DNA of 64,000 nucleotides from Escherichia coli (GCF_011045215.1 NZ_CP049201.1), one strand, 5' to 3'; counted from the stretch's first letter, positions 12,470-26,133 are shown. The notes: generated by a model from the sequence alone, not told the origin. Translations and numbers: made by a program.

Positions 12470-12545
12470 CTTAATTTTTACTTTTAGTTACATATTTTTT
12501 CTTTTTGAGACTAAATCTTTATCTTTGTAGCACTTTCACGGTAGC
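12470..12545 (+). promoter_or_regulatory. ompF promoter-proximal OmpR binding region (F1-F3-like direct repeats)
   Basis: tttacttttagttacatatttt motif and AT-rich repeats about 150-210 bp upstream of ompF ATG; assignment from recalled OmpR site consensus. Confidence 0.55.
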
Positions 12546-12686
12546 GAAACGTTAGTTTGAATGGAAAGATGCCTGCAGACACATAAAGACACCAAACTCT
12601 CATCAATAGTTCCGTAAATTTTTATTGACAGAAATTATTGACGGCAGTGGCAGGTGTCATAAAAAAAACCATGAGGGTAATAAATA

Positions 12687-13775
12687 ATGATGAAGCGCAA
12701 TATTCTGGCAGTGATCGTCCCTGCTCTGTTAGTAGCAGGTACTGCAAACGCTGCAGAAATCTATAACAAAGATGGCAACAAAGTAGATCTGTACGGTAAA
12801 GCTGTCGGTCTGCATTATTTCTCCAAGGGTAACGGTGAAAACAGTTACGGTGGCAATGGCGACATGACCTATGCCCGTCTTGGTTTTAAAGGGGAAACTC
12901 AAATCAATTCCGATCTGACCGGTTATGGTCAGTGGGAATATAACTTCCAGGGTAACAACTCTGAAGGCGCTGACGCTCAAACTGGTAACAAAACGCGTCT
13001 GGCATTCGCGGGTCTTAAATACGCTGACGTTGGTTCTTTCGATTACGGCCGTAACTACGGTGTGGTTTATGATGCACTGGGTTACACCGATATGCTGCCA
13101 GAATTTGGTGGTGATACTGCATACAGCGATGACTTCTTCGTTGGTCGTGTTGGCGGCGTTGCTACCTATCGTAACTCCAACTTCTTTGGTCTGGTTGATG
13201 GCCTGAACTTCGCTGTTCAGTACCTGGGTAAAAACGAGCGTGACACTGCACGCCGTTCTAACGGCGACGGTGTTGGCGGTTCTATCAGCTACGAATACGA
13301 AGGCTTTGGTATCGTTGGTGCTTATGGTGCGGCTGACCGTACCAACCTGCAAGAAGCTCAACTTCTTGGCAACGGTAAAAAAGCTGAACAGTGGGCTACT
13401 GGTCTGAAGTATGATGCGAACAACATCTACCTGGCAGCGAACTACGGTGAAACGCGTAACGCTACGCCGATCACTAATAAATTTACAAACATCAGCGGCT
13501 TCGCCAACAAAACGCAAGACGTTCTGTTAGTTGCGCAATACCAGTTCGATTTCGGTCTGCGTCCGTCCATCGCTTACACCAAATCTAAAGCGAAAGACGT
13601 AGAAGGTATCGGTGATGTTGATCTGGTGAACTACTTTGAAGTGGGCGCAACCTACTACTTCAACAAAAACATGTCCACCTATGTTGACTACATCATCAAC
13701 CAGATCGATTCTGACAACAAACTGGGCGTAGGTTCTGACGACACCGTTGCTGTGGGTATCGTTTACCAGTTCTAA
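12687..13775 (+). CDS. ompF: Outer membrane porin F, 362 aa
   Basis: ORF track 362 aa; signal peptide ..[11 protein letters not shown]-terminal VYQF typical of porins. Confidence 0.96.
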   Translation: MMKRNILAVIVPALLVAGTANAAEIYNKDGNKVDLYGKAVGLHYFSKGNGENSYGGNGDMTYARLGFKGETQINSDLTGYGQWEYNFQGNNSEGADAQTGNKTRLAFAGLKYADVGSFDYGRNYGVVYDALGYTDMLPEFGGDTAYSDDFFVGRVGGVATYRNSNFFGLVDGLNFAVQYLGKNERDTARRSNGDGVGGSISYEYEGFGIVGAYGAADRTNLQEAQLLGNGKKAEQWATGLKYDANNIYLAANYGETRNATPITNKFTNISGFANKTQDVLLVAQYQFDFGLRPSIAYTKSKAKDVEGIGDVDLVNYFEVGATYYFNKNMSTYVDYIINQIDSDNKLGVGSDDTVAVGIVYQF

Positions 13776-13820
13776 TAGCACACCTCTTTGTTAAATGCCG
13801 AAAAAACAGGACTTTGGTCC

Positions 13821-13851
13821 TGTTTTTTTTATGCCTTCCAGAGCAATCTCA
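13821..13851 (+). terminator. Rho-independent terminator of ompF
   Basis: aacaggactttggtcctgtt hairpin followed by TTTTTTTT. Confidence 0.85.
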
Positions 13852-13959
13852 CGTCTTGCAAAAACAGCCTGAGTTTTCATCAGTAATAGTTGGAATTTTG
13901 TAAATCTCCCGTTACCCTGATAGCGGACTTCCCTTCTGTAACCATAATGGAACCTCGTC

Positions 13960-15150
13960 ATGTTTGAGAACATTACCGCCGCTCCTGCCGACCCGATTCT
14001 GGGCCTGGCCGATCTGTTTCGTGCCGATGAACGTCCCGGCAAAATTAACCTCGGGATTGGTGTCTATAAAGATGAGATGGGCAAAACCCCGGTACTGACC
14101 AGCGTGAAAAAGGCTGAACAGTATCTGCTCGAAAATGAAACCACCAAAAATTACCTCGGCATTGACGGCATCCCTGAATTTGGTCGCTGCACTCAGGAAC
14201 TGCTGTTTGGTAAAGGTAGCGCCCTGATCAATGACAAACGTGCTCGTACAGCACAGACTCCGGGTGGCACTGGCGCACTACGCGTGGCTGCCGATTTCCT
14301 GGCAAAAAATACCAGCGTTAAGCGTGTGTGGGTGAGCAACCCAAGCTGGCCGAACCATAAGAGCGTCTTTAACTCTGCAGGTCTGGAAGTTCGTGAATAC
14401 GCTTATTATGATGCGGAAAACCACACCCTTGACTTCGATGCACTGATTAACAGCCTGAACGAAGCTCAGGCTGGCGACGTAGTGCTGTTCCATGGCTGCT
14501 GCCACAACCCAACCGGTATCGACCCTACGCTGGAACAATGGCAGACACTGGCACAACTCTCCGTTGAGAAAGGCTGGTTACCGCTGTTTGACTTCGCTTA
14601 CCAGGGTTTTGCCCGTGGTCTGGAAGAAGATGCTGAAGGACTGCGCGCTTTCGCGGCTATGCATAAAGAGCTGATTGTTGCCAGTTCCTACTCTAAAAAC
14701 TTTGGCCTGTACAACGAGCGTGTTGGCGCTTGTACTCTGGTTGCTGCTGACAGTGAAACCGTTGATCGCGCATTCAGCCAAATGAAAGCGGCGATTCGCG
14801 CTAACTACTCTAACCCACCAGCACACGGCGCTTCTGTTGTTGCCACCATCCTGAGCAACGATGCGTTACGTGCGATTTGGGAACAAGAGCTGACTGATAT
14901 GCGCCAGCGTATTCAGCGTATGCGTCAGTTGTTCGTCAATACGCTGCAGGAAAAAGGCGCAAACCGTGACTTCAGCTTTATCATCAAACAGAACGGCATG
15001 TTCTCCTTCAGTGGTCTGACAAAAGAACAAGTGTTGCGTCTGCGCGAAGAGTTTGGCGTATATGCTGTTGCTTCTGGTCGCGTAAATGTGGCAGGGATGA
15101 CACCAGATAACATGGCTCCGCTGTGCGAAGCGATTGTGGCAGTGCTGTAA
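13960..15150 (+). CDS. aspC: Aspartate aminotransferase, 396 aa
   Basis: ORF track 396 aa; PLP-lysine motif [14 protein letters not shown] present. Confidence 0.96.
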   Translation: MFENITAAPADPILGLADLFRADERPGKINLGIGVYKDEMGKTPVLTSVKKAEQYLLENETTKNYLGIDGIPEFGRCTQELLFGKGSALINDKRARTAQTPGGTGALRVAADFLAKNTSVKRVWVSNPSWPNHKSVFNSAGLEVREYAYYDAENHTLDFDALINSLNEAQAGDVVLFHGCCHNPTGIDPTLEQWQTLAQLSVEKGWLPLFDFAYQGFARGLEEDAEGLRAFAAMHKELIVASSYSKNFGLYNERVGACTLVAADSETVDRAFSQMKAAIRANYSNPPAHGASVVATILSNDALRAIWEQELTDMRQRIQRMRQLFVNTLQEKGANRDFSFIIKQNGMFSFSGLTKEQVLRLREEFGVYAVASGRVNVAGMTPDNMAPLCEAIVAVL

Positions 15151-15210
15151 GCGTTAAAAACAATGAAGCCCGCTGAAAAGCGGGCTGAGACTGATGACAA
15201 ACGCAACATT

Positions 15211-15309
15211 GCCTGATGCGCTACGCTTATCAGGCCTACGCGTCCCCTGCAATATTTTGAATTTGCACGATTTTGTAGGCCGGATAAGGCGCTCGTGCCG
15301 CATCCGGCA
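15211..15309. repeat. REP elements (two palindromic units) between aspC and ycbL
   Basis: gcctgatgcgctacgcttatcaggcctac and gtaggccggataaggcgctcgtgccgcatccggca. Confidence 0.8.
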
Positions 15310-15372
15310 TAAACAAAGCGCACTTTGCCAGAAATCCAGGCCCGCATTAAAAGTGGGCTTTTTTATGCGCCT

Positions 15373-16020
15373 TTACCAGACGGGCATTTCGTCTTGTAGG
15401 AAGGGATTATGCAGGCGTTCATAACCAAGTGTGGATAATGGTCCGTGACCCGGAATAAATGTCACGTCATCCCCCAGTGGCAGCAATTTATCTTTGATTG
15501 AAGAAATCAGTTGATTATGATCGCCACGCGGGAAGTCACTGCGCCCTACTCCGCCTTTGAAAATAACATCGCCAGAAATCAGCAGCTTTGCCCGATCATC
15601 AAAAAACACGACATGACCCGGCGTATGCCCAGGGCAATGTAACACCTGTAAAGTCACATTCCCTATGCTGATGGTATCGCCTTCGTTCAGCCAACGATCT
15701 GGCGTCAGCGGCTGGCACTCTTCCAGACCAAACATACGACTTTGCGCAGGCAAGCCTTGCAGCCAGAACTCATCTTCTTTTTCCGGACCAAAAACCGGCA
15801 CGCCGTAATGTTGCGCCAGTTCCGCCGCTGCGCCAACGTGGTCCAGATGACCATGCGTCAGCAGGATCTGCATCAGTGTCAGGCCGCTGTCATCAACTTC
15901 CTGTTTGATTTTTTCCGCATCGCCGCCAGGATCGACCAGTGCGGCCAGGCGGGTTTGTTCACACCAGATCAATGAACAGTTCTGGGAGAATGCGGTGACC
16001 GGAATAATACGATAGTTCAT
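15373..16020 (-). CDS. ycbL: Metallo-beta-lactamase-fold hydrolase (glyoxalase II-like), 215 aa
   Basis: ORF track 215 aa; HGHLDHVG metal-binding motif in translation. Confidence 0.9.
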   Translation of the reverse strand: MNYRIIPVTAFSQNCSLIWCEQTRLAALVDPGGDAEKIKQEVDDSGLTLMQILLTHGHLDHVGAAAELAQHYGVPVFGPEKEDEFWLQGLPAQSRMFGLEECQPLTPDRWLNEGDTISIGNVTLQVLHCPGHTPGHVVFFDDRAKLLISGDVIFKGGVGRSDFPRGDHNQLISSIKDKLLPLGDDVTFIPGHGPLSTLGYERLHNPFLQDEMPVW

Positions 16021-16046
16021 ACTGCCCCTGTTTCGTTAAGCAATTA

Positions 16047-16595
16047 CTACCAGTGCCGTGCTGGCCCGGTATCAATATGCACAAAGTTACTACGTGGGTA
16101 ATATCCTACACCACCTGCGCGCATAGATAACGCGGCTTTGCGAATATTGCTTAACGCGATACCTTCAATATGGAAATCCATCGCCTGGCCTTTAGTGTGA
16201 TAGCTTTTCTTCGCTACTCCACGGCTGCGGGCGCGTAGTTCATTGTTGGTATCAATGGAACGATAACCGGAAATGAGTTGCACCGGTTTGCGCGTGCCTA
16301 ACAACCCTTGCAGGCGATACAACTGGTCGAATAATCCTGGGTCGATGGACTTTATTTTGTTCGCGCGGTAATCGCGGAAAAAATGGTTAAGTTTTGCCAA
16401 TTCTTCCTGAATATAGCCTCTGCCATCGAAAAACTCCGCTTTGATTGACTCTCCGGTATGAAGATTATTGAGTGTCAAAATGCGCGGGCGTGGGGTAGAG
16501 AGTGTTGCAAACGCAGGGGGCGGCAGGATGGCGGCACCGAGTGCAACGCCACCAAGCGCCAGCAATTTGCGGCGATTAGCGTCGAATTTGTCCAT
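16047..16595 (-). CDS. mepK: Murein endopeptidase MepK (YcbK), Tat-exported; start probably MDKFDANRRKLLALGG
   Basis: ORF track 185 aa; twin-arginine motif RRKLLALGG; peptidase M15-like composition. Confidence 0.88.
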   Translation of the reverse strand: MDKFDANRRKLLALGGVALGAAILPPPAFATLSTPRPRILTLNNLHTGESIKAEFFDGRGYIQEELAKLNHFFRDYRANKIKSIDPGLFDQLYRLQGLLGTRKPVQLISGYRSIDTNNELRARSRGVAKKSYHTKGQAMDFHIEGIALSNIRKAALSMRAGGVGYYPRSNFVHIDTGPARHW

Positions 16596-16775
16596 GATAA
16601 TCAAGTCTACAGGTCAATGTTATCGTTTATATGCACTTCTGGCGCACAAGAGGCACCTTAACCGCCCGTAAAGCAGACGTCAAGATGACTCAACCCCAGC
16701 ATTGACGGGGGCTGCAGAGAATCACCCCCAATCATGCTAATTATTACGACAACTGATTTCCCCGAACTACTTCAT

Positions 16776-18623
16776 TTACCTGATTAATTGTTCCGCTTTC
16801 GATACGATTTGCGAGCTGGATCGCGCAGGCAGATCATAATTGTAAATATCTGTACGATACTGGGTACGACCATCTGCACCAACAAAGGCCGTCAGGTAGT
16901 AGAGATTCACCGGAATCGACTGCCGAATATTGACGTAACGTGTATCACCCTGCTTCAGCGCATCAGAAATACGTTTGTCATTCCAGCCTGCATCCTGCAA
17001 CAGCATATTCGCCAGATCGGAAGCTTTATTCACTCGTACACAGCCTGAGCTCAATGCGCGTGTATCACGCTTGAACAGATTGTGGTTCGGCGTGTCATGC
17101 AAATAAATGGCCTCTGAACTCGGCATATTGAATTTATAGCGCCCCAGCGAGTTCCGTGGGCCTGGAGCCTGCTGGAAGCGGAACGGTAAATTCGAGGCCG
17201 TGATTGTAGACCAGTCAACCTGCCATGGGTCAATCGCTTCTCTGCTGTTCCAGCCGCGCATCACCGTATAGCCATGGCTTTCGAGATATCCCGGATCGTT
17301 GCGCACTTTCGGCAGAATATCTTTGCGTGCCAGAGTTGGTGGTACGTTCCACGGCGGGTTTACCACTACGTTGTTAAGGGCACTGCTCATCATCGGCGTT
17401 TTGCGATCGGGGCGACCGACAATGACTCGCGAATCCAGCACCTGATTGCCGTTCTGATAGTAGACCAGCGAATAGGCCGGAATGTTAACCATGATCCCGG
17501 TAGAAAGCTCTGTTGGCAGCAAGCGCAATCGCTGGATGTTGAGTGCCAACACGCCAGCGCGCTGGGCGGGCGTTACGTTTAACCAGTCCCGCGTTGCCGG
17601 GCCAATAGCACCATCTGCCCCCAATCCTTGCCATGCCTGAAAACGTTTAACGGCTTCCACCAGTTCATTATCGTAGGCGGCACGAACGGCAGGCGCAGGT
17701 TTACTACGAGACGTCGTTTGCTTGTCCATCGGCTTAGTTTCTGCTGTTTCAACAGTAACAGCGGATGGGCTGACTACCGCGTCAGTTGGCGTGTCATCGC
17801 CAGGTAGCGTAATTTTCGGTCCCCCGTTCAACATGCCTGTGCGTTGCAATATTTCGCGCAACGCCGGTACGTCGTTACTCCACTGCCCTGGGCGCAACGT
17901 TGCTTTGCCGGTCAGTTGGGGCCACGGTTTGGTGTCACTGAGTAAGGCCAGTAACGATTCATGCATCGCCGCATATTGCGGATGCTGCGGTGCCAGTCCT
18001 GCAACAAACGTAGGCAATTGACCTTTATCCAGCGCTAGCTGCCATTGGTTAATCACCGAAAGCGGCGGCGTTGAAAGCGCATAAGGTTTACTGCTATATA
18101 GCCAGCGAGTGCCTTTGACCGGAATATTTGCAATGAAATGGAGATAGCCCATCATCGCATCAGAGAGCACCACGTCACGTGCCATCCCGTTAACACCAGG
18201 ATCGGTCAGTAACTCTACCCATTTATTAAACTGCGGCTGGAAACCAGCAATCGCCACCTCTGCCAGCTGTTGCTGGAAGGCTTTAACAGCATCACGGTTT
18301 TCCCACATGGGTTGCATATCGCGTGCGGCATACAACAGTTGAAGCTGGTTAAGATAAACCGGCTTGTAACCTGCGGGTAATTGAGATTCGATTTGCGTGC
18401 GGGCTTTTTCTGCCGCACCTTCAGGCAATGGCTGGATCCCCGCCATTATTGCCGTGGCTTGCGCCTGCGGCAGTGCCTCGCCCTGTTCACTGACAGCCAC
18501 CGGGCTGTCGCCAGGGATTACTTCAGGCTCATCGGCCTGCGCATTGAACAGTGGAGCGAATGTTACGGCCAGGCACAAACTGATTGCCGACAGCCGACGA
18601 CCACACATCATATTAAGCAACAT
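16776..18623 (-). CDS. ldtD: L,D-transpeptidase LdtD (YcbB), 615 aa
   Basis: ORF track 615 aa; signal peptide; catalytic motif SSGCVRV (YkuD-type Cys). Confidence 0.92.
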   Translation of the reverse strand: MLLNMMCGRRLSAISLCLAVTFAPLFNAQADEPEVIPGDSPVAVSEQGEALPQAQATAIMAGIQPLPEGAAEKARTQIESQLPAGYKPVYLNQLQLLYAARDMQPMWENRDAVKAFQQQLAEVAIAGFQPQFNKWVELLTDPGVNGMARDVVLSDAMMGYLHFIANIPVKGTRWLYSSKPYALSTPPLSVINQWQLALDKGQLPTFVAGLAPQHPQYAAMHESLLALLSDTKPWPQLTGKATLRPGQWSNDVPALREILQRTGMLNGGPKITLPGDDTPTDAVVSPSAVTVETAETKPMDKQTTSRSKPAPAVRAAYDNELVEAVKRFQAWQGLGADGAIGPATRDWLNVTPAQRAGVLALNIQRLRLLPTELSTGIMVNIPAYSLVYYQNGNQVLDSRVIVGRPDRKTPMMSSALNNVVVNPPWNVPPTLARKDILPKVRNDPGYLESHGYTVMRGWNSREAIDPWQVDWSTITASNLPFRFQQAPGPRNSLGRYKFNMPSSEAIYLHDTPNHNLFKRDTRALSSGCVRVNKASDLANMLLQDAGWNDKRISDALKQGDTRYVNIRQSIPVNLYYLTAFVGADGRTQYRTDIYNYDLPARSSSQIVSKAEQLIR

Positions 18624-18883
18624 CCCTTGCCCCCTGTTTTTATCATACTCTGAATAGCCAGGCTGTTATTTTACGACTTGCCTGTACAACGCCAATACTC
18701 ACGAAAGTATGACGAGCAAGCCTGTTACTCATCAGGCTTATCTTCAGTATATAAACGCCGATACGTTTTTACATAACCTAATGTAAAGAAGTTTAAAGAA
18801 AAGCGCGCCGTAATGTGCCACTTTTTTAGTGCAGAAACGGAGTTTTCGGAAAAAGAAAAGGCGGCATTGCTGCCGCCTTAATT

Positions 18884-21800
18884 TTAACTCGCCTGAGAAG
18901 GCGCTTCGTCACTTCCTGGAAGCGTTTCAGGGAGTTGCGGCGCAAATCCTCGCAGGCCGACGACGTGAACGTGTTCGGTATTCTGGAAGACTTTACGCAC
19001 CAGTTTATAGGTGGTGCCTTTCTCCGGGCTGATATTTTCCGGCGCTGCGATGATGAGCTGCATTTGCAAACGTTCACACAATTCAAACAGCGTGGCGATA
19101 GAACGAGCATCCAGTCGCGCTGCTTCATCGAGGAACAGCAGGCGGCAAGGAGAGATATCTTTACCGCGCAGGCGGCGAGATTCATCTTCCCAGCTTTGTA
19201 CCACCATCACCAGAATCGACATACCGGTACCAATCGCCTCACCGGTCGACAATGCACCAGACTCTGCGCGCAACCAGCCATCGGAACCACGGTTAACCTC
19301 AACTTCCATTTCCAGATAGTTGCGGTAATCCAGCAGTTCTTCGCCAATGGTCTGCGGCGTGCGCTGCCCCATATCAATCTGCGGATTAAGACGCTGATAC
19401 AATTTCGCCAGCGCTTCCGAGAAGGTCAGACGGTTGCTGTTAAACAGATCCTGATGCTGCTCGTGCTGTTCAGAGAGCACATCCAACAGCATGGCGTGGG
19501 TTTCACGCACGTTCACGTTGAGGCGCACGCTGTTCACCTGACCAAACGATACGTTCTGCAACCCCTGGTTGAGCATACGGATACGGTTCTGCTCGCGCTG
19601 AATGGTTTTACGAATGATGTTCGCCACGCTGCGGGAACTGATCGCCAGTTTCTGTTCGCGGGAGGTTAACTCTTCGGTCAGACGGCTAAGTTCGATCTCC
19701 ATCTGTTCGATAGCTTCCACCGGATCATCGGTACGAATAATATCCTGACGAATACGTTCACGCAGATGCTGATAAACCGCCACGAAGAACTGAATTTTAC
19801 GCTCCGGACGTTTCGGATCTTCCGACATGCGCAGCACGTCGCGCAGATGTTCGTTATCCGCCACCGCCAGACGCAGCGCACCTAACGCCTTATCCGACAT
19901 GGAACGCAAATCATCAGCGGAGAGATAAGCCAGCTCACGACGGTGTAAGCGGCGCTCAACGCCGTTATCTTTCACCATGCGCATCACCGCACACCAGCCC
20001 GCTTTCGCGGTCACTACCTGCTCGCGCATCTCAAAGTAATCACGCTCCAGCTTGCGCAGTTTGCGGGTCAGGTTGTCCATCTCCGCTTCGCAGAAGGTGA
20101 GCGCTTTTTCCAGTTGATTGCGGCGCGAACGGTTATTGCTCAGTTGTGCATGCAGCTCGTCACGGCGAATACGTGCCCGCTCTTCTGCCCCGCTATCAGC
20201 ACGCACGCCGATATCCTGCAATTCACGTTGCAGATCGTTGAGTAGCTCTTTTTTGGTGTCGTAAGAACTTTTCAGCGAAGCCAGCACCTGGTTGTACTGA
20301 CTCAACTGCGCTGCGTGACCGCGCAACGCTTCGCGAGCGCGGGTACGCTCCGCTTCCGCCTGTTCCAGACGTTCACGCAGTTTTTCGTTGAGATCGTTGT
20401 TACCGCTAAGCATTTCTGCCGAGTCAGAATAGCTAAAGTGCGCACGACGCTGCACCACTTCCGTCAGGGCAAACGCCTGCTGACGGGCATCGCGCTGCAT
20501 CTGCTGAGAGTACGCGTAATCTTCTTTTAACTGTTCGAACTGTTCCGGGTCGCTCTGCAATACCGAAACGATCGGTTCCAGTTTCGCCAGTTGATTGCCA
20601 AACTGCTGAACAAAACGCGCGGCTTCCTGGGCTTCATCCAGACGTTCGCGGATTTCATCGACGCGATCCGCCAGGCTGTCATCAGCCAACAGGTTGAGAC
20701 GCGGCAGAATGCGGTTCAGCGCCGTAACGCCTTCTTTCGCCTGCTCAAACTGAATACGCTGCTGCTGGTTATCATTTTCATGATTACTCAACGCCCGCTC
20801 CAGTTCGACGCGACGGCTGTTCAGTTGACGGATTTCTGCTTCCGGGTCAGACTCAAACGCCACCGCCAGATGACTGCCGATAAAGCGGCTGAACGCCTGA
20901 TGCAGACGCTGGGTTTTCTGTACGTCAAAGGAGAGCGTGGCGAAGCGTTCGGAAAGCACTTCACGCTCGGCATGGAGGCTTTCAATACGGCTTTCACGCG
21001 CAGCACGACCAAACAGCGGCACTTCCGGGAAACGTGAATAACGCCACTGACGATCGGCGATTTTCACCACTACCGCTTTTTCCAGCTCATCAACGCTGAA
21101 CACGCTGTCATCGAATGACTGCGGATCCCCTTCGATCAAATAGAGATCTTCCGGGCAATCGGTCAAGCCTTCCAGATGTTCGGTTACCTGTGACAGATCT
21201 GGCACCACGATGGCGTGGCGTGACGGGCCATACAGCGCTGAGAAGTACGGCGCATCTTCAAGGCTTACGTCGTCATAAATTTCTGACAGCAGCACGCCGC
21301 CAAAACGTTCCGCCAGCGCATTCAAACGCTGGTCTTCAGAACCACCTGGCTGGCTTAAACGTTCGATCTCTTCATCGACGGCGTTTTTGCGCGCGCCCAC
21401 TTCATCGCGTTCAACAATCGCTTCGCGCTCACGCTCAAGCAACTGTTGCAGATATTCGGTGACATCCTGGCTGGAGGAGAACTCTTCGCCGCACTGTTCG
21501 CTCAACTGATTGAGGCTGTTTTGCGCTGCCAGCCAAACCGGCGCGCGCTGCATCAAACTCTGAATGCGAGACTGCAGCTGTTCCTGCTCCTGACGCAGTG
21601 CCATACGCTCTTCGCGGGCGTTAGAAACGCTGTCGGAAAGAGAGGCAATGCGCGCTTCCAGTTCCTGATGCAGGGCTTCCAGTTCGTCGATATCAAAATT
21701 CTTGCCCTGACGTTTGCAGAAATCTGCCAGCAGGCGTTCGGCTTCTTGCTGCTCGCGCAAACGCTGTTCCAGTTCGCTTAAGCGCATCCGCAGCGGCTGA

Positions 21801-23344
21801 ACCTGCTCTGCCAGGTGACGCTGATCGACCCCTTCGCGCAGCAGTTCGCGGGCGACATCCCATGCTTCGTTACGCGCCAGCGGGCCGTTGATTGCCACCA
21901 CCAGCTGATAAGCCTGCTCAAACTGGCTGTGCGCCGTCTGCGCCATGCTCATTTTCTGCTCAAGAGAGAGCATTTTTTCGGTCGCTTCCAGCTCTTTCGC
22001 CTGGAAGGTTTCCAACCATTCGGCGGCGCTGTCGGCGGTTAAGTCCGGCAGATGACACAGTTCTTTGGCGCGATTAAGTGCAGCAATCGCCTGGTTATAC
22101 TGGATCGCGCGCGTTTGCTGGACGTCCAGCGCCTGCTGGTAGTCAGCAAGCTGGCTTTTCAGCTCGTCCACTTCCAGTTCGGCAGCTTCCGCACGAGCCT
22201 CATTCTCTTCCTGGCGTTCGATGGCTTCTGCCACCACTTCGTTTTGCTCTTCCAGACGGATCTGCAGCTCATCGAGATCCGCTTCGTAGCGTTCGATCTT
22301 CTCCTGCTGACGCAGTGCGGTTTGCACCAGGTTCAGGTGATCGCTGGCCGCCTGATAATCCGCTTCCAGATCGCCTTCGGCACCGTTGTGCTCTGCCAGC
22401 TCACGCGCCATATCGACGTGTTTGTACTGCTCAGCCGCCAGTTGCTGACGCGAAGTATGTAGCTCGCGACGAAACTCCAGCGCTTTGTCGAGATGGACAC
22501 GGCGCTCGTTGGCGTGACGCATGTAGTCCGCCGCCACGTAGTTGGTAGCTTCGCTGATCAGATGCTTAAACAGGTCACGGTCCGACTGGGTGACACGAAT
22601 CGCTTCCAGCGTCATGCGGTTTTCACGCAGCGCCGCTTCCATGTCCTGGAACGCTTTCCGCACGCCGCTGTTTTCCGGCAACAGGTAGTCGCGCAGAGAA
22701 CGGGTAATGGCACTGGAGATCCCGCCATACAGCGAAGCTTCGATCAGACGATAGAATTTGCTACGGTCAGATGCGGAGCGCAGACGACGCGCGATGATGC
22801 CCAGATCGAACATCAGCGAGTGGTAATCGGTAATGGAGTTGAACTGTTTAAACTGCACGCCTTCCATCGCCTCGAGCTTGTCTTTCAGCTCGTTAAGCGG
22901 CAGCACGCGCGCCTGGCGTTCGTTCAGAGTTTCGGTCACCAGCTGTGTCGGCTGCACCGACATCGGCAGTCCCTGAATGGCAAATGGTTTGATATCCACT
23001 TTACGATCGCGTCCGGCAACCTGTTGCAGACGCACACCGACCACCACGCGCTGGTGGCGCGAGTTAATGGTGTCGAGCATCGAATAACAGACACCCGCTT
23101 TCAGCTTACCGTGCAGACCTTTATCGCGCGAACCGCTGGTGGCCCCGGCTTCCGTAGTGTTACGGAAATGCAGCAGGGTCAGGTCGGGGATCAGCGCCGT
23201 AACGAACGCCGCCATGGTGGTGGATTTACCCGCCCCGTTACCGCCAGAAAGCGTCGTGACCAGCTCGTCAAGGTCAAAAGTTCGGGCAAAAAAGCCGTTC
23301 CAGTTAATCAGCGTCAGTGAGCGAAATTTACCGCGTTCAATCAT
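18884..23344 (-). CDS. mukB: Chromosome partition protein MukB (SMC-like condensin), 1486 aa
   Basis: ORF track 1486 aa; Walker [10 protein letters not shown] near N-terminus, long coiled coils. Confidence 0.97.
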   Translation of the reverse strand: MIERGKFRSLTLINWNGFFARTFDLDELVTTLSGGNGAGKSTTMAAFVTALIPDLTLLHFRNTTEAGATSGSRDKGLHGKLKAGVCYSMLDTINSRHQRVVVGVRLQQVAGRDRKVDIKPFAIQGLPMSVQPTQLVTETLNERQARVLPLNELKDKLEAMEGVQFKQFNSITDYHSLMFDLGIIARRLRSASDRSKFYRLIEASLYGGISSAITRSLRDYLLPENSGVRKAFQDMEAALRENRMTLEAIRVTQSDRDLFKHLISEATNYVAADYMRHANERRVHLDKALEFRRELHTSRQQLAAEQYKHVDMARELAEHNGAEGDLEADYQAASDHLNLVQTALRQQEKIERYEADLDELQIRLEEQNEVVAEAIERQEENEARAEAAELEVDELKSQLADYQQALDVQQTRAIQYNQAIAALNRAKELCHLPDLTADSAAEWLETFQAKELEATEKMLSLEQKMSMAQTAHSQFEQAYQLVVAINGPLARNEAWDVARELLREGVDQRHLAEQVQPLRMRLSELEQRLREQQEAERLLADFCKRQGKNFDIDELEALHQELEARIASLSDSVSNAREERMALRQEQEQLQSRIQSLMQRAPVWLAAQNSLNQLSEQCGEEFSSSQDVTEYLQQLLEREREAIVERDEVGARKNAVDEEIERLSQPGGSEDQRLNALAERFGGVLLSEIYDDVSLEDAPYFSALYGPSRHAIVVPDLSQVTEHLEGLTDCPEDLYLIEGDPQSFDDSVFSVDELEKAVVVKIADRQWRYSRFPEVPLFGRAARESRIESLHAEREVLSERFATLSFDVQKTQRLHQAFSRFIGSHLAVAFESDPEAEIRQLNSRRVELERALSNHENDNQQQRIQFEQAKEGVTALNRILPRLNLLADDSLADRVDEIRERLDEAQEAARFVQQFGNQLAKLEPIVSVLQSDPEQFEQLKEDYAYSQQMQRDARQQAFALTEVVQRRAHFSYSDSAEMLSGNNDLNEKLRERLEQAEAERTRAREALRGHAAQLSQYNQVLASLKSSYDTKKELLNDLQRELQDIGVRADSGAEERARIRRDELHAQLSNNRSRRNQLEKALTFCEAEMDNLTRKLRKLERDYFEMREQVVTAKAGWCAVMRMVKDNGVERRLHRRELAYLSADDLRSMSDKALGALRLAVADNEHLRDVLRMSEDPKRPERKIQFFVAVYQHLRERIRQDIIRTDDPVEAIEQMEIELSRLTEELTSREQKLAISSRSVANIIRKTIQREQNRIRMLNQGLQNVSFGQVNSVRLNVNVRETHAMLLDVLSEQHEQHQDLFNSNRLTFSEALAKLYQRLNPQIDMGQRTPQTIGEELLDYRNYLEMEVEVNRGSDGWLRAESGALSTGEAIGTGMSILVMVVQSWEDESRRLRGKDISPCRLLFLDEAARLDARSIATLFELCERLQMQLIIAAPENISPEKGTTYKLVRKVFQNTEHVHVVGLRGFAPQLPETLPGSDEAPSQAS

Positions 23345-24048
23345 TATTCTTCCTCTCCGCTATCTGGCTGACTCTCTTCGGTTTCATCGTTGAGTTGCAG
23401 ATGATTTTCAATCGGCATTGCTTCGCCATCACGAATCAGGCGACGCTGTGCTTCACGGGGATCGTCGCCAGCACGCACATCGGCTCCGAAGCGGAACACC
23501 GATTCGGTAATGCGAAACTTGCTGCTGTCGTGGCCCATAAACCACACCATGCCTAAACGACGCAGACGGTTGAGCGAAGAACGTACTTTCTCCTGCAACT
23601 TCTGACGGTCAACGTCTGAACCGGTTGAACGGTTGTTCACCAGTTTCAGCAGTTTTGCTTCATCGGCCAGGGTGAGCAGTTCGTCGTACAGTTCCTGCTG
23701 GGTGAAAATCCCCTCATTCGCCAGCCGTTCCGGGCTGAGATAGAGATAACAGAGGATTTTCCCGACCATCATATCCAGTTCCGACAAGACGGAACGAGGG
23801 ATCAGCGTGATGGAACGTGGACGTAAATAGAAGAACCCTTCCGGTGCACGAATAAGCTCAACGTTATAACGCGCGTAAAACTCTTCCAGATATTCCTGAA
23901 AATCCATCAGGAATGCATGATTATCCAGTTCGTCGAGGCCAATATGGCGGCCTGAACGTAAGGCGCTGTCCAGCGCCGGAAATAACGGATTCGCCAGCGC
24001 CTGCGCCAGCTTAACCGGCATCACTTGTTCAATATTTGTCGATGACAT
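23344..24048 (-). CDS. mukE: Chromosome partition protein MukE (start MSSTNIEQ; longer ORF extends to 24075)
   Basis: ORF track frame 23344..24075; overlaps mukF 3' end; 1-bp junction with mukB start. Confidence 0.9.
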
Positions 24049-25351
24049 GCGCCTGTACCTTGGCTCCGTAATCATTAATCGGCTGCCATTTCGCTGGCAG
24101 TCCGGTGAAATCTGCTTGCGCTACGCCAAGACGTACCGCCTGATCAATAACAATGCGCGCAACGTCAAAGTGACGTGCACGCGGATACTGTGACAGATAT
24201 TCGCGTACCACCAGACCAAGATCCAGCGGCACTTGTCTGGTTTTGTACACAGCAAGTTGTTCTTCGATGATCGCCGCCAGCTGTTCGCGGATCTCGTTAA
24301 ACTCTTCGTATTCCAAATCTGGCGGAAGTTCCCCAGTCACTTCTTCATCGCGCAGTGCCATCTCTTCGTCACGCATATCCAGCAGACGATCGGCATTGGC
24401 ATAAGTTAGCGCCCACGGCTCATCAAAATAGGTTTGTACCGACTGACGTAACCGCTGAGCAAAGACGCGGTTTTTATCCATATCGATCGCGGTACGAATA
24501 AATTTATGTACGTGGCGGTCGTAGCCAATCCACAAATCGATGGATTGCTGGCCCCAACTGATAATACGGTCGAGTTTGCTCTGCAGATCGAACACCAGAC
24601 GATCGACGAAATGCAGATCGTCATGGGTCATCGTCGCATCCTGAATGCGCAACAGATTAGCCTGCAATTTGTCGCCTGCCGCTTCCAGCGTATCCTGCAA
24701 TTCACGCAGCGTTCCGGAAGTTTCCGAAAGCAACAATTCACAGCTGGAAATCGCCGCCCGCCAGTCTTTGTTCAACAACTGGGCGATATCGTCCTTCACC
24801 TGCTGCTGCTGTTCGTCCATCAGACGTTGCGTCAGGTCGATACTGTCGAAAATTTCTGCTACCGAATATTTCAGTGGCGCATAAACATTACGGTGCCAGT
24901 GAAATTCATCACCGCCCTCTTCGGCGGCATCTGCTGCGCGTTTGAGCTCACCCGCCACAATCGACAACTGCATAGAGAGGCGCAGCGTAGAAAACTCGCG
25001 CTGACGGATGTAATAGTCAGTAATGCCGATGCCGAGCGGCGTCAGACGGTAAATTGCGTTCCCTTCTGCCTGCTCGCTGGTAAAGCGGTTCAGCAGACGT
25101 TGACGCACCATGTCGTTGATCGCGTTATTGGCGCGCACGCCGATGGTTTCGCTGGTTTGCTCAAACGCATCACTCACATGGCGGAATGCATCCACCAGCT
25201 CGCCTTCACTCATCTCACCATCCAGACGCTCGCCGTTCAGCGTGGCAACCGCCAGCAGAAAAGAGAGTCGGTCTACCGGCAGCGAAATGGAGAAGTCATT
25301 TTTTCTGGCCCAGGCAACCAGTTCGGGGACTGTCTGGGAAAATTCACTCAT
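24029..25351 (-). CDS. mukF: Chromosome partition protein MukF (kleisin), 440 aa
   Basis: ORF track 440 aa; operon context. Confidence 0.95.
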
Positions 25352-26133
25352 ACTTTATCCTTGCTCTGCGGTTTGCGAGCGGTGACATGAATATAACGCC
25401 CCAGGGTAATATACGGTTCATGACGGCAATAACGCGTTTCTAATTCAAGTAATGCTTCATAGCAGTCGCGCTGCTGGTGCTTCTCGCGCAGATAATCATG
25501 AAACACGCGAACGCCTGTCTTACCCATAATTTGCCAACCAGCTTCTTCCAGCCACAGATAAACCTGCGCCGGGTCGCGTGGATAATCTGGCGAAAGCGTC
25601 CGTTTTTTCTTTTTCGGCATTCCCGCCTGCACGTAATCAAAATTCCCGGCGACCATGTTATGCATCAACAAACCATGCGCATTGTAGAACATTAACGACA
25701 ACACGCCGCCTGGACGCAACACTGACCACAGGGTCTGCAATACGCTGCGGGGATCAGCCACCCACTCGAGCACCGCATGGAACAATATCAGATCAACGGG
25801 CGTTTCCAAATGCGAAGCAACATCCTGAGCGGCGCAATGTATAAATTGCATGTTGTCGCTCACACCTTTTGCTTCTGCCGCCTGTTTTGCGCGGTCGATC
25901 ATCTGCGCAGAAAGATCGCATAAAATGACCTGATGCCCGCGCTCGGCCATTTTGATTGCGGTCTGCCCTTCTCCACCGCCCGCATCCAGCACACGCAGTT
26001 TTTGCGGACCCATTTCCGCCAGCACGCGATCGAGATCCTGCCACAGAATAGCCTGTCGAAGCTGCCCTTTGGTGGTGCCGTAAATGTTACGGGAAAACTT
26101 TTCCGCAATATCATCAAAATTGCGATCCTGCAT
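25348..26133 (-). CDS. cmoM: SAM-dependent methyltransferase SmtA/CmoM, ~261 aa
   Basis: ORF track frame 25348..26145; motif VLDAGGGEG (SAM-binding); 4-bp overlap with mukF start. Confidence 0.9.

Noticed and set aside
12127-12686. 560-bp AT-rich gap upstream of ompF as a possible horizontally acquired insert or small gene
   Set aside because: Contains OmpR-type repeats and no ORF with a ribosome-binding site; consistent with the known long ompF regulatory region and 5' UTR.
16706-16729. G5/C5 stem-loop in the ldtD-mepK spacer as a candidate terminator or sRNA
   Set aside because: Short stem, 13-nt loop and no U-tract on either strand; insufficient to call.
18935-23320. Series of antisense ORFs (up to 275 aa) opposite mukB
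   Set aside because: Nested within mukB, whose 1486-aa frame with Walker A motif is clearly the real gene; the antisense products are repetitive and Arg/Gln/Phe-rich.
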